Origin: Thermaceae bacterium
GTDB taxonomy: Bacteria; Deinococcota; Deinococci; Deinococcales; Marinithermaceae
Assembly: GCA_026989475.1 (NCBI GenBank)
Contig: JALSJG010000063.1
Location: 1-26,755, forward strand
Reading direction: 5' to 3'
Length of the DNA: 26,755 bases
The notes below the pieces were generated by a model that saw only the letters and a list, made by a program, of their open reading frames with translations, was not told the origin of the DNA and ran no database searches. Positions 7,831 through 16,136 of the stretch are shown here, piece by piece. The position numbers and the translations under genes were made by a program. The first letter of the stretch is position 1. Each line of letters starts with the position of its first letter.

Positions 7831-9171
7831 ATGAAGCCGAACCGCGTCTTTTCCGCCCTGCTGGCCGCCGCCGCCGCGCTGGCGATCGCCCAGTTCGGCC
7901 CCACCGGGGTGCAGGGCTTTGCCGAAGACCCGAACGGCCGCGCCGCGGTCGAGACCTACGAGATCATCAAGAACCACTACCTGAAAAAACTCGGTCCCGA
8001 CGACTTGAAGCGGGTGCTCGAGGGGGCGATCCGCGGCCAGGTGGACGCCCTCGACGACCCCTTCACCAGCTACAGCCCGCCTCGCCGTAGCCGGATCCGA
8101 AACGAGGACGTGCAAGGGGAGTTTTACGGTATCGGCGTGGTGATCCAGGCGGCCCGACCCGACGGCACCGGCGCCAAGATCCTCACCGTCTTCCGGGGCG
8201 GCCCCGCTTTCCGGGCCGGGCTCAAGGCCGGCGACGAGATCGTCGAGGTGGACGGCGAGGACGTCACCGAGCTCGACCTTTTCGACATCGTCGCCAAGAT
8301 CCGCGGGCCCAAGGGGACCACGGTGGAGATCGGGGTCCGGCGCAAGGGCTCGCGGGCGGTGCTCCGCTTCAAGATCCCCCGGGAGAAGATCGAGATCGTC
8401 TCGGTCTCCAAGGCGATGCTGCCTGGTCAAGTGGGCTATGTCGCCATCGAGACCTTCCTCAACGTCAAGGTCATCGACCAGCTCAAGGCCGCCATCGACG
8501 AGCTCAAGAAGCAGGGGGCGAAAAAGCTCGTCCTCGACCTTCGGGACAACGGCGGCGGCCTTCTCGACCAGGGCTGTCAGGTGGCCGACGCCTTCCTCGA
8601 CCGCGGGGTGATCGTCTACACCCGCTCCCGCGACGTCACCCGGCCCTTCTGCGAGGCGAGCCCCGAGCGGCTCTGGAGCGGGCCAATGGTGGTGCTGGTG
8701 AACGGCAACTCCGCCTCGGCTTCGGAGATCGTCTCGGGGGCGCTCCAGGACTACGGCCGGGCCCCGATCGTCGGCGAAAAGACCTTCGGCAAGGGCGTGG
8801 GCCAGAACGTCTTCACCCTCGCGAACGGCGGCGAGCTCACCCTGGTGACCTTCGAGTGGCTCACCCCGAAGCGCCGGGCGATCCACGAGGAGGGGATCAC
8901 CCCCGACTACCTGGTGAAGGACACCCGCTTCCCCGAGCCCCTCGCCTTCGAGGGCCTGGGGGCGCCCCCCGGGGGCGAGGTCGAGCTCATCGTCCGGGAC
9001 GCCGAGGGCCGGGTGACGAAGAGGCTCACGGCCAAGGTGGACGAGGAGGGCAGGTTCAGCCGGAGCGAGGAGGTCCCCCCGCGGCGCACCTCGGACGTTC
9101 CCGGCGAGGCCCTCATCGACCTGGAAAACGACGCCATCCTGCAAAAGGCGCTCGAGCTCCTGGGCCGCTAA
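7831..9171 (+). CDS. S41A carboxyl-terminal processing protease (CtpA/Prc family)
   Basis: Signal peptide, LDDPFT, PDZ (GIGV..GPAFRAGLKAGD), LDLRDNGGG, catalytic SASASE and TFGKG. Start moved to ATG 7831 based on the -10 box. Confidence 0.95.
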   Translation: MKPNRVFSALLAAAAALAIAQFGPTGVQGFAEDPNGRAAVETYEIIKNHYLKKLGPDDLKRVLEGAIRGQVDALDDPFTSYSPPRRSRIRNEDVQGEFYGIGVVIQAARPDGTGAKILTVFRGGPAFRAGLKAGDEIVEVDGEDVTELDLFDIVAKIRGPKGTTVEIGVRRKGSRAVLRFKIPREKIEIVSVSKAMLPGQVGYVAIETFLNVKVIDQLKAAIDELKKQGAKKLVLDLRDNGGGLLDQGCQVADAFLDRGVIVYTRSRDVTRPFCEASPERLWSGPMVVLVNGNSASASEIVSGALQDYGRAPIVGEKTFGKGVGQNVFTLANGGELTLVTFEWLTPKRRAIHEEGITPDYLVKDTRFPEPLAFEGLGAPPGGEVELIVRDAEGRVTKRLTAKVDEEGRFSRSEEVPPRRTSDVPGEALIDLENDAILQKALELLGR

Positions 9172-9190
9172 CCCTTCTCCGCCCCATACG

Positions 9191-9220
9191 GATCCCCCGG
9201 CCGGGCCGGGGGATCTTTTT
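9191..9220 (+). terminator. Intrinsic terminator after the S41 protease
   Basis: GATCCCCCGGCC-G-GGCCGGGGGATC inverted repeat followed by TTTTT. Confidence 0.9.
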
Positions 9221-9236
9221 GTGCGAGAATGAATTC

Positions 9237-9626
9237 ATGCGCATCGTGGGAAGCACCGGTCGGCCCGAGGCCAGCAAGGACGCCCTGCTCCAGGCCCTCA
9301 AAGGGGCGCACTGGCCCCGGCTCTCCCTCACCCTGGTGGCCCCCGGGCAAGGGGCCCGGCACCAAACCGGCTACGCCGCGCTCGTGCTCGGGACGCCCGA
9401 GCCCGTCCTCACCCGGGTCGCCTTCGGACCCGCCTTCGGGGAGGCCGGCCGGCGGGCGCTCGCCGAGCTCCTCGAAGCCTTTGCCAAGCACGGCGCCCGA
9501 CGGCTTTACGAAGCCGCCCTCTCCCCCGGCGAGCTCGCCGCCCTCACCGAGGGCGAAACCGCGATCCTTACCCGGGTGGCGGCGGCGAAAAACCCCCTCA
9601 GCCCCGAACGCGTGCCCGCTGGGTGA
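9237..9626 (+). CDS. DUF3197-like Deinococcus-Thermus protein (129 aa)
   Basis: 3' part of ORF 8856-9626. ATG 9237 lies 6 nt after an extended -10 TGcGAGAAT. The GYAAL..AFGPAFG..G..ALAELL...GARRLYEAALSPGE pattern is recalled as DUF3197. Confidence 0.7.
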   Translation: MRIVGSTGRPEASKDALLQALKGAHWPRLSLTLVAPGQGARHQTGYAALVLGTPEPVLTRVAFGPAFGEAGRRALAELLEAFAKHGARRLYEAALSPGELAALTEGETAILTRVAAAKNPLSPERVPAG

Positions 9627-10458
9627 GGGCCACGCCGAGGAGCACGAGCACCCCGCCCAAAAGGGCAAGGGGAGCAAGCCGCTCGCCCAAAAAGGCGTAG
9701 CCCCCGAGCGCCCCGAGGACCGGCGCCAGGTTCTGCCAAACCCCGGCCTTACCCGGTCCCAGAATCTGGACCGCCCGCATCCAGGCGAGGTAGGCGATGA
9801 CGTTCGCGAAAATCCCGCTCGCGGCGGTGCCCCACCAGACCCAAGGCGGGAGCTTATCAAAGGGAAGGGCGAGGACCTGGGGCAGCCCGTAAAGCCAGTA
9901 GGGCACCATGCCCCCGATGTAACCGAGACCCACCCAGACGAAAAGCGGGTACCGGCTCCCCACCGTACGAGCCGAGATCGAGTAAAGCGCCCAGGCCAGC
10001 GAGGCGAGGGCGAGCATTCCCACCCCGACCCCGACCTCTCCCCCGCCTCCGCCGCCGCCCAATAGGGCGACCCCGACGGCGGCGAGGGCGATCCCCAGGT
10101 AGCCGATCGGGGCCAGCCGCTCCCGGAGGATCAGGTAGCCGAGCAGCGCGAGCCAGGCGGGGTTGGTAGCGTTGGCCACGGCGGCGATCGCCGCTGGGGT
10201 TCGGAGCACGCCCTCCATCAAGAGCCACTGGAAGATCCCGTTCCCGAGCACGCCGAAGCCCAGGATCGCGAGGGCGTCGGCAAGGGCGATTCGCACCCGG
10301 CGCTCGCGGGTGAGGAGGAGGGCAAAACCCGCCGCCGCCACCAGGGTGCGGAGGGTGTTCATGGCGTGGGGCGGGAGTACCCCTACCAGGAGCTTTAAAA
10401 GGACGAAGTTAAGCCCCCAGAGGCTGACCGCGGTGGCCGCGTAGAGGACCCCGTGCAC
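9598..10458 (-). CDS. DMT/EamA-family transporter
   Basis: About 10 hydrophobic helices in two EamA repeats (WGLNF..LK; LRERL; AYLAWMRAV..LGPGKAG; LGERL). Confidence 0.93.
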   Translation of the reverse strand: MHGVLYAATAVSLWGLNFVLLKLLVGVLPPHAMNTLRTLVAAAGFALLLTRERRVRIALADALAILGFGVLGNGIFQWLLMEGVLRTPAAIAAVANATNPAWLALLGYLILRERLAPIGYLGIALAAVGVALLGGGGGGGEVGVGVGMLALASLAWALYSISARTVGSRYPLFVWVGLGYIGGMVPYWLYGLPQVLALPFDKLPPWVWWGTAASGIFANVIAYLAWMRAVQILGPGKAGVWQNLAPVLGALGGYAFLGERLAPLALLGGVLVLLGVALTQRARVRG

Positions 10459-10464
10459 CCCCCC

Positions 10465-10486
10465 ATCATACTGACCGACCGGTCAG
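10465..10486 (-). promoter_or_regulatory. -10 box TATGAT abutted by a 16-bp palindrome CTGACCG-ac-CGGTCAG (TetR-type operator candidate)
   Basis: Perfect 7-bp arms at 10471-10477 and 10480-10486; the -10 (10465-10470) lies 6 nt before the DMT GTG. Confidence 0.7.
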
Positions 10487-10542
10487 CCGCGGCGCGGTAC
10501 GCCCCAAGGCGGTCCCGATTCGGCCATAGAAAAGCGCTTCCT

Positions 10543-11589
10543 CTAGCGTCGCGGCTTTCTATGCAAGGTGACCTGAAACCGGTAGGTGTGCGCCTCGCCG
10601 GGAGCGAGCGAAAAGGCCACGCGGTAGCCACCGGGCAGACGCTCGCCCTCGGAGAGCTCGAGCTCCACCGCGTCGGCGTGAAAGGTCTCCACGATCTCCA
10701 CCTCGACCGCATCCGCGCCGCGGTTTTCCACCGTGGTGGTGACCCGGTAACGGGCGAGCTCGGGAGTTTCCCGAAGCACCTTTACCCGCCGCTTGCTCTG
10801 TGCCCGGGTCGCGGGACCGAGCTCGAGCTCGACCTGCTCGCCGGCGTAAGTGTCCGGCACCCGAACGCGCCCGAGGAAGTCCCCGCCGGAAAAGAGGTCG
10901 AGCCGACCCGCGGCCAAGGGCCTCGGGGCCTCTAAGCGGTAGCCGCGGCGGAAGAAAAGCCGCTCGCCCTTTTGGAAGGGCCCGCGGTAGCGCCAGTAGA
11001 ACGCGGGTCGCACCGAGAGGGCAAAGAGCGGGAGCTCAGTGACCTCGGGCTCAAGTAGAAGGGGCCCGGAGAGCCGGTAGCGGAAGACCCCGCCCCTGCC
11101 CCCGACGAAGACCCCCTCTTCCGCCGGGGCCGAGCGCGCCACCGCCTTCACCTGCAACGGCCGGCCGCCTTCAGCGAGCGGGACCGAGCCCGAGATGAAG
11201 CGGAGCTCCTCCACCTCGATCGGCGCGTCGAGGGCGTTTCGCACCCGGAGCCAGGCGGATAGCCGCCCCTCTTCCACCTCGAGCGCGTAACGCACCGAGC
11301 CGGAAAGCCCCCGGGTGAGGTGGTGCAACACCCCTTGCTCGCCACGCGCGAAGATCCAGAGCGTTCCCTTCCGCCACACCCGCCTTTGCACCTCGACGCC
11401 GGTCATCCAAACCAGGTCCTCAACCCGCTGGGCGGCGACGCGCTTGCCCGGCTGCCAGACGAAGACCCCATGCTCGATGCGGACCGGCTCGGCGATCTCG
11501 GCGAAGGCCGGGTAGAGGGTGACCCGGGTGCCGGAGGCCAGGGCCAGGGTAGAAAGTGCAACCCCCAGGAGAAACCCTAGTTTAGGCAT
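10543..11589 (-). CDS. Secreted beta-rich protein, DUF4139-like
   Basis: Signal peptide (..LALA|SG), VTLYP start, PLAAGRLDLF..GDFLG..VPDT..GE..ELELG and TVENR..AVEVEIVE motifs resembling DUF4139. Confidence 0.65.
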   Translation of the reverse strand: MPKLGFLLGVALSTLALASGTRVTLYPAFAEIAEPVRIEHGVFVWQPGKRVAAQRVEDLVWMTGVEVQRRVWRKGTLWIFARGEQGVLHHLTRGLSGSVRYALEVEEGRLSAWLRVRNALDAPIEVEELRFISGSVPLAEGGRPLQVKAVARSAPAEEGVFVGGRGGVFRYRLSGPLLLEPEVTELPLFALSVRPAFYWRYRGPFQKGERLFFRRGYRLEAPRPLAAGRLDLFSGGDFLGRVRVPDTYAGEQVELELGPATRAQSKRRVKVLRETPELARYRVTTTVENRGADAVEVEIVETFHADAVELELSEGERLPGGYRVAFSLAPGEAHTYRFQVTLHRKPRR

Positions 11590-11603
11590 ACCCCAAGGGT
11601 AGC

Positions 11604-11632
11604 AAAAAGCGCCGGGACCCGCGGCCCGGCGC
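11604..11632 (-). terminator. Intrinsic terminator of the ABC transporter operon
   Basis: Minus strand GCGCCGGG-8nt-CCCGGCGC followed by TTTTT, 17 nt after the ATPase stop. Confidence 0.8.
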
Positions 11633-11649
11633 CAGAACGCCCCTTGAAC

Positions 11650-12633
11650 TCAAAGGATATCGTCCCGGATGCAGGCCTTGTAGTGCCCTGGGGCCACCTC
11701 GCGCAGCTCGGGGGTGGTGGTGGCGCACTCGGGGATCGCGTAGCGGCAGCGGGTGCGGAAGACGCAGCCCGAGGGCGGGTTGATCGGGCTCGGGATATCC
11801 CCCTCGAGCACGATCCGCTCCCGCTTGACCGTGGGATCGGGGATGGGCACCGCCGAGAGCAGCGCCTCGGTGTAGGGGTGCTTGGGGTTTTTGTAGAGCT
11901 CCCGGGCGGGGGCGATCTCCATCACCTTTCCGAGGTACATCACCGCCACCCGGTCGGAGATGTACTCGACCACCGCCAGGTCGTGGGCGATGAAGAGCAG
12001 GGTGAGCCCGAGCTCCTCCTTGAGGTCCTGGAGGAGGTTCACCACCTGAGCCTGGATCGAGACGTCGAGCGCGCTCACCGGCTCGTCGGCGACGATGAAC
12101 TCCGGGCTCACCGCGAGCGCCCGGGCGATCCCGATCCGCTGGCGCTGCCCGCCGGAGAACTCGTGGGGATAGCGGCGCATGTGGTCGGGGGAAAGCCCCA
12201 CCATCTTCAAAAGCTCGGCGACCCGCTCCACCCGCTCCTTTGGGGTCTTCACCAGCTTGTGGATGACCAGGGGCTCACCGATGATGTCCCCCACGGTCAT
12301 CCGCGGGTTCAGCGAGGCGAAGGGGTCCTGGAAGATGATCTGCATCTTGCGGCGGTAGGGCCTGAGGGCCGACTTCGGGAGCTTGGCGATGTCGGTCCCC
12401 TGGTAGAGGATCCTGCCGCCGGTAGGCTCGATCAACCGCAGGATCGTGCGGCCCACGGTCGTCTTCCCCGAGCCCGACTCCCCCACCAGGCCGAGGACCT
12501 CGCCCTTCTTGATGGAAAAGCTCACCCCGTCCACCGCCTTGACGTGGCCCACGGTACGGGAGAGGATCCCGCCCCGGATGGGAAACCAGGTTTTAAGATC
12601 CCGGACCTCGAGGAGGATTCCGTTCGCGCTCAT
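11650..12633 (-). CDS. Oligopeptide/dipeptide ABC ATPase (OppF/DppF-like)
   Basis: [33 protein letters not shown]-terminal oligo_HPY (HPYT..GC.F..RC). Confidence 0.95.
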   Translation of the reverse strand: MSANGILLEVRDLKTWFPIRGGILSRTVGHVKAVDGVSFSIKKGEVLGLVGESGSGKTTVGRTILRLIEPTGGRILYQGTDIAKLPKSALRPYRRKMQIIFQDPFASLNPRMTVGDIIGEPLVIHKLVKTPKERVERVAELLKMVGLSPDHMRRYPHEFSGGQRQRIGIARALAVSPEFIVADEPVSALDVSIQAQVVNLLQDLKEELGLTLLFIAHDLAVVEYISDRVAVMYLGKVMEIAPARELYKNPKHPYTEALLSAVPIPDPTVKRERIVLEGDIPSPINPPSGCVFRTRCRYAIPECATTTPELREVAPGHYKACIRDDIL

Positions 12634-13652
12634 CCCGCCACCCCCTCGCGGATCTCCTTCCAGCGGTAGCAGCGGACCATGTGGCCGGGCTCGGCCTCTT
12701 CAAGGGGCGGGACGTCGGCGTCGCAGAGTCCGGGCTTGTGCCAGCGGCAGCGGGGATGGAAGGCGCATCCCGGGGGGAGGAAGAGCGGGTTCGGGACGTT
12801 CCCGGGAATGGCCTCGAGCCGTTCTTGCTTCTCCGCCGCCAGGTCTACCCGGGGCACCGAGTTCAAGAGCCCCATGGTGTAAGGGTGGAGCGGCTCCTTG
12901 AAGGTGGGCACGACGTCGGCCTCCTCCACCGCCCGCCCGGCGTACATCACCACCACCCGGTCGGCGATCTCGGCCACCACCCCGAGGTTGTGGGTGATGA
13001 AGAGCACGCTCATCCCGATCTCCTCCTGGAGCTGCTTGATGAGCTCGAGGATCTGGGCCTGGATGGTGACGTCGAGGGCGGTGGTGGGCTCGTCGGCGAT
13101 CAGGAGGCTCGGGTTGCAGGAAAGCGCCATCGCGATCATGACCCGCTGGCGCATCCCGCCCGACATCTGGTGGGGGTAGTTGGAAAGGCGTTTCTTGGGC
13201 TCGGGGATCCCCACCAGGGCGAGCATCTCGGCGGCGAGCTCGAGCGCCTCCCTCTTGCTCTTCTTTTGGTGGAGCATGATCGCCTCGGCGATCTGATCGC
13301 CTACGGTGTAAACCGGGTTCAGGCTGGTCATCGGCTCCTGGAAGATCATCGCGATGTCGTTACCGCGAATCTTCCGCATCTCCGCCTCGGAAAGCCGGAC
13401 CAGGTCCTTTTCCGCCCCGTCCTTACCCCGAAAACGAATGCTCCCCTCCACGATCCGCCCGGGAGGCGAGGGGATGAGGCGCATGATCGCGAGCGAGGTC
13501 ACCGATTTCCCCGAACCCGACTCCCCCACGACGGCCAGCGTCTCCCCCTTGTCAATGTGGAAGGAAACGCCGTCCACCGCCTTGACCACGCCCTCGTCGG
13601 TGAAAAAGTGTACCTTGAGATTTTCGACTTCGAGCAAGCGGGTCTCTTCCAT
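12630..13652 (-). CDS. Oligopeptide/dipeptide ABC ATPase (OppD/DppD-like)
   Basis: [36 protein letters not shown] and GCAFHPRC. Confidence 0.95.
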   Translation of the reverse strand: MEETRLLEVENLKVHFFTDEGVVKAVDGVSFHIDKGETLAVVGESGSGKSVTSLAIMRLIPSPPGRIVEGSIRFRGKDGAEKDLVRLSEAEMRKIRGNDIAMIFQEPMTSLNPVYTVGDQIAEAIMLHQKKSKREALELAAEMLALVGIPEPKKRLSNYPHQMSGGMRQRVMIAMALSCNPSLLIADEPTTALDVTIQAQILELIKQLQEEIGMSVLFITHNLGVVAEIADRVVVMYAGRAVEEADVVPTFKEPLHPYTMGLLNSVPRVDLAAEKQERLEAIPGNVPNPLFLPPGCAFHPRCRWHKPGLCDADVPPLEEAEPGHMVRCYRWKEIREGVAG

Positions 13653-13689
13653 CTGCGCTCCCTACGAACTTCCCTAAGTTTATACCCCA

Positions 13690-15090
13690 CTACCTCCGCC
13701 GCCGGGGATCGAAGGCATCGCGGAGCCCGTCGCCCACGAAGTTCCAAGTGAGCACCGCGAGGAAGATCGCAAACCCCGGGGCCAGCACCCAGGGCCGGTC
13801 CGAGAACGAGGCGAAACCGCCGTCCTGGGCCGCCTTCAAAAGCAGCCCCCAGCTGGTGTAGGGCTCGGTGATGCCAAGCCCGAGGAAGGAAAGCCCGCTC
13901 TCCGCCAAAATGAAGCTCGGGATCGCAAGCGAGGCGTAAACGATGCTGTAGCTCGCGGTCGCGGGCAGAATGTGGCGGAGAATAATCCAAAGCTCCGGCA
14001 CCCCAAGCGCCTTGGCGGCGGTCACGAAGTCCATCTCCCGAAGCGAAAGCACCATACCCCGGATCACCCGGGCGAGCCCTCCCCAGCCCACGATCGCGAG
14101 GATCGCGACCACGAGGTAAAACGTGGCGAGTGGGTCCATCTCCATGGGAAAGGCCGCCCTCAGGGTGATCAGGAGAAACAGGAAGGGAATCGCCGCCATG
14201 ATCTCCACGAGGCGCATCACCAGGTCGTCGGGATCGAAGGAGAGCGGACGCCAAAGGGCGTGGGAAAGCGCCCAGGCCGCGGCGGCAAGCATCAGCACCC
14301 CGAAGACGACGCGTTCCAAGGCTCCGCTATAGTCCCGGAGCATCCAGTAGCCGTAGGCGAGCGTCGCGGCCAGACCCGCCCAGAAGACGAAGCTCAAAGA
14401 AAGCGCAAGCCCGTGCAAGAAGTAGGCAAGCAGCCTGCGCCCAAGGCCCCCCCGGGCGGGAAAACGCCAGCTCTCCGGGCGCAAAAGCGGCCGGGCGATG
14501 GCGATCCGGGTCCCCTGGTAGTAGCCGGCGAGCCCTCCCAGGAAAAGCCCCAGCATCATCGCGAGCAACACCGAGAGAAAACCCACGGTCAACGAAACCT
14601 GCGCCCCGTAGACCATCCGGCTAAAGAGGTCGCGGCCAAAGTTGTCGGTGCCGAGGAGGAAGATCCGGGCCCCCTCCCGGGTCGCTTCTTCTCCTAGACC
14701 AAACAGCCGGACGTCCCACCGGAAGATTTTGAAGATCGTGTAGGGCTGATCTGGGGTCCGCACCAAGAAATAGATGGGGTAGCGCTTTGTACGGTCCTCC
14801 ACGTAGCGGTCGGTGAAGGTCTCGAGGTCAAGTTCCCGCTTGACCTTGTAGACGAAGGGCCGGGTGAGCTTCCCGGTCTCGGGGTCACGCAGATGGATCC
14901 GGGTCGGGGGCGCGTAGCGAAACGGAGGGTTTAACGTATAGAAGTTCGGATCGTAGGGGCTGAAGAACCCGGCGAAGGCAGCGATCACATAGAGCACGAG
15001 GAGAACCCCGCCCCCGAGCATCGCCAGCCGGTGCCGCCGGAACTGCCGCCAGGCCGACTGGAGGAAGGTTTCGCTCCTGAGCTCGGCCAT
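13690..15090 (-). CDS. Opp/Dpp ABC permease (OppC/DppC-like) with an internal ~90-aa hydrophobic insertion
   Basis: AWRQFRRHRLA N-terminus, LLGTDNFGRD, EAA-region FVTAAKALG..HILP, AESGLSFLGLG..SWG; insertion between GYY and DDLVMR. Confidence 0.93.
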   Translation of the reverse strand: MAELRSETFLQSAWRQFRRHRLAMLGGGVLLVLYVIAAFAGFFSPYDPNFYTLNPPFRYAPPTRIHLRDPETGKLTRPFVYKVKRELDLETFTDRYVEDRTKRYPIYFLVRTPDQPYTIFKIFRWDVRLFGLGEEATREGARIFLLGTDNFGRDLFSRMVYGAQVSLTVGFLSVLLAMMLGLFLGGLAGYYQGTRIAIARPLLRPESWRFPARGGLGRRLLAYFLHGLALSLSFVFWAGLAATLAYGYWMLRDYSGALERVVFGVLMLAAAAWALSHALWRPLSFDPDDLVMRLVEIMAAIPFLFLLITLRAAFPMEMDPLATFYLVVAILAIVGWGGLARVIRGMVLSLREMDFVTAAKALGVPELWIILRHILPATASYSIVYASLAIPSFILAESGLSFLGLGITEPYTSWGLLLKAAQDGGFASFSDRPWVLAPGFAIFLAVLTWNFVGDGLRDAFDPRRRR

Positions 15091-15093
15091 CGC

Positions 15094-16077
15094 TCACCCG
15101 TACCGAATCCGGGGGTCCACCACCGCGAGCAACAGGTCGCCGAGGATGTTCCCCACGATCAACAGCAGGCTGGAAAGGGCGATGATGCCCACGTTCACGT
15201 AGAGGTCTTGCTGTAAGAGCGCGTCGAGCAAGAGCGGCGTGATCCCCGGCCAGTTCGCCACCACCTCGACAAGCCCAGCACCACCAATCAACCCGGGCAA
15301 GAGCCCCCCGATGTTGGCCAAGATCGGGATGACCGCGTTTCTAAGGGCGTGCTTGTAGAGCACGACTCGCTCCGCGAGTCCCTTGGCGCGCGCGGTGCGG
15401 ATGTAATCCTGGCCTAGAACCTCCATCACCTGGGCCCGCATCACCCGGGTCAGCCCGGAAAGGTCGGCGGTGACCACTACGAAGGCAGGCAATATGGCAT
15501 GCCAGAGGATATCCACCCATTGCCGCCATGGCGCCAACTGCTCAAAACCTTGACTGGTCATGCCCCCGATGGGAAAGGGAGTCCACCCAAAGGCGAATTT
15601 GAACTTCACGAATAGGAAGATGAGGATCAGCATGAAGAAAAAGTTCGGGATCGCGAGACCGAAGTAGGCGAAGAAGCTGATCACGTAGTCCGGCAGGGTA
15701 TAGGGCCGGAGCGCCTGGTAGATGCCGATGGGGATTCCGATTAGATAGAGGAAGAGGATCGAAAGCCCGACCAGGATCAAAGAGTTCTCGATCCTGGGCC
15801 AGACTACCTCGAGCACCGGCCGCTGATACATAAAGGAGACCCCTAAGTCCCCGTGTAAGAGGTTTTTAAGCCAGATCAAATACTGCAGGAGAAGCGGCCG
15901 GTCGAGCCCGAAGTTATGCCGCATTCGCTCGATGGTCTCGGGCCGGATCTTAGGGTCGAGCGCCCACTGGGTGAGGAAGTCCCCGGGCGCGATCTGGAGG
16001 ACAAAGAAGGCGAGGAAGGTCGCCCCCAGGAAGGTCGGCACCAGGTGGATCAGACGGCGGACGAGGTACGCACTCAC
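15094..16077 (-). CDS. Opp/Dpp ABC permease (OppB/DppB-like)
   Basis: YLVRRLI, PGD, GLDRPL..QY..WL..GDLG.S, DYIRTARAKGL..KHALRNA. Confidence 0.95.
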   Translation of the reverse strand: MSAYLVRRLIHLVPTFLGATFLAFFVLQIAPGDFLTQWALDPKIRPETIERMRHNFGLDRPLLLQYLIWLKNLLHGDLGVSFMYQRPVLEVVWPRIENSLILVGLSILFLYLIGIPIGIYQALRPYTLPDYVISFFAYFGLAIPNFFFMLILIFLFVKFKFAFGWTPFPIGGMTSQGFEQLAPWRQWVDILWHAILPAFVVVTADLSGLTRVMRAQVMEVLGQDYIRTARAKGLAERVVLYKHALRNAVIPILANIGGLLPGLIGGAGLVEVVANWPGITPLLLDALLQQDLYVNVGIIALSSLLLIVGNILGDLLLAVVDPRIRYG

Positions 16078-16091
16078 GGCCCCTCCAACGA

Positions 16092-16121
16092 ACCCTCCCC
16101 GGGGCGGACCCCGGGGAGGGT
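16092..16121. repeat. 13-bp GC-rich hairpin between the substrate-binding and permease genes
   Basis: ACCCTCCCCGGGG-cgga-CCCCGGGGAGGGT; no clear U tract. Confidence 0.85.
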
Positions 16122-16136
16122 CCTCTGGCTACAACT

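Noticed and set aside
13653-13689. AT-rich spacer with TATAAA/TAAACT as an internal promoter for the ATPase genes
   Set aside because: No supporting -35 or extended -10 is evident; it cannot be distinguished from an RBS-accessibility spacer.
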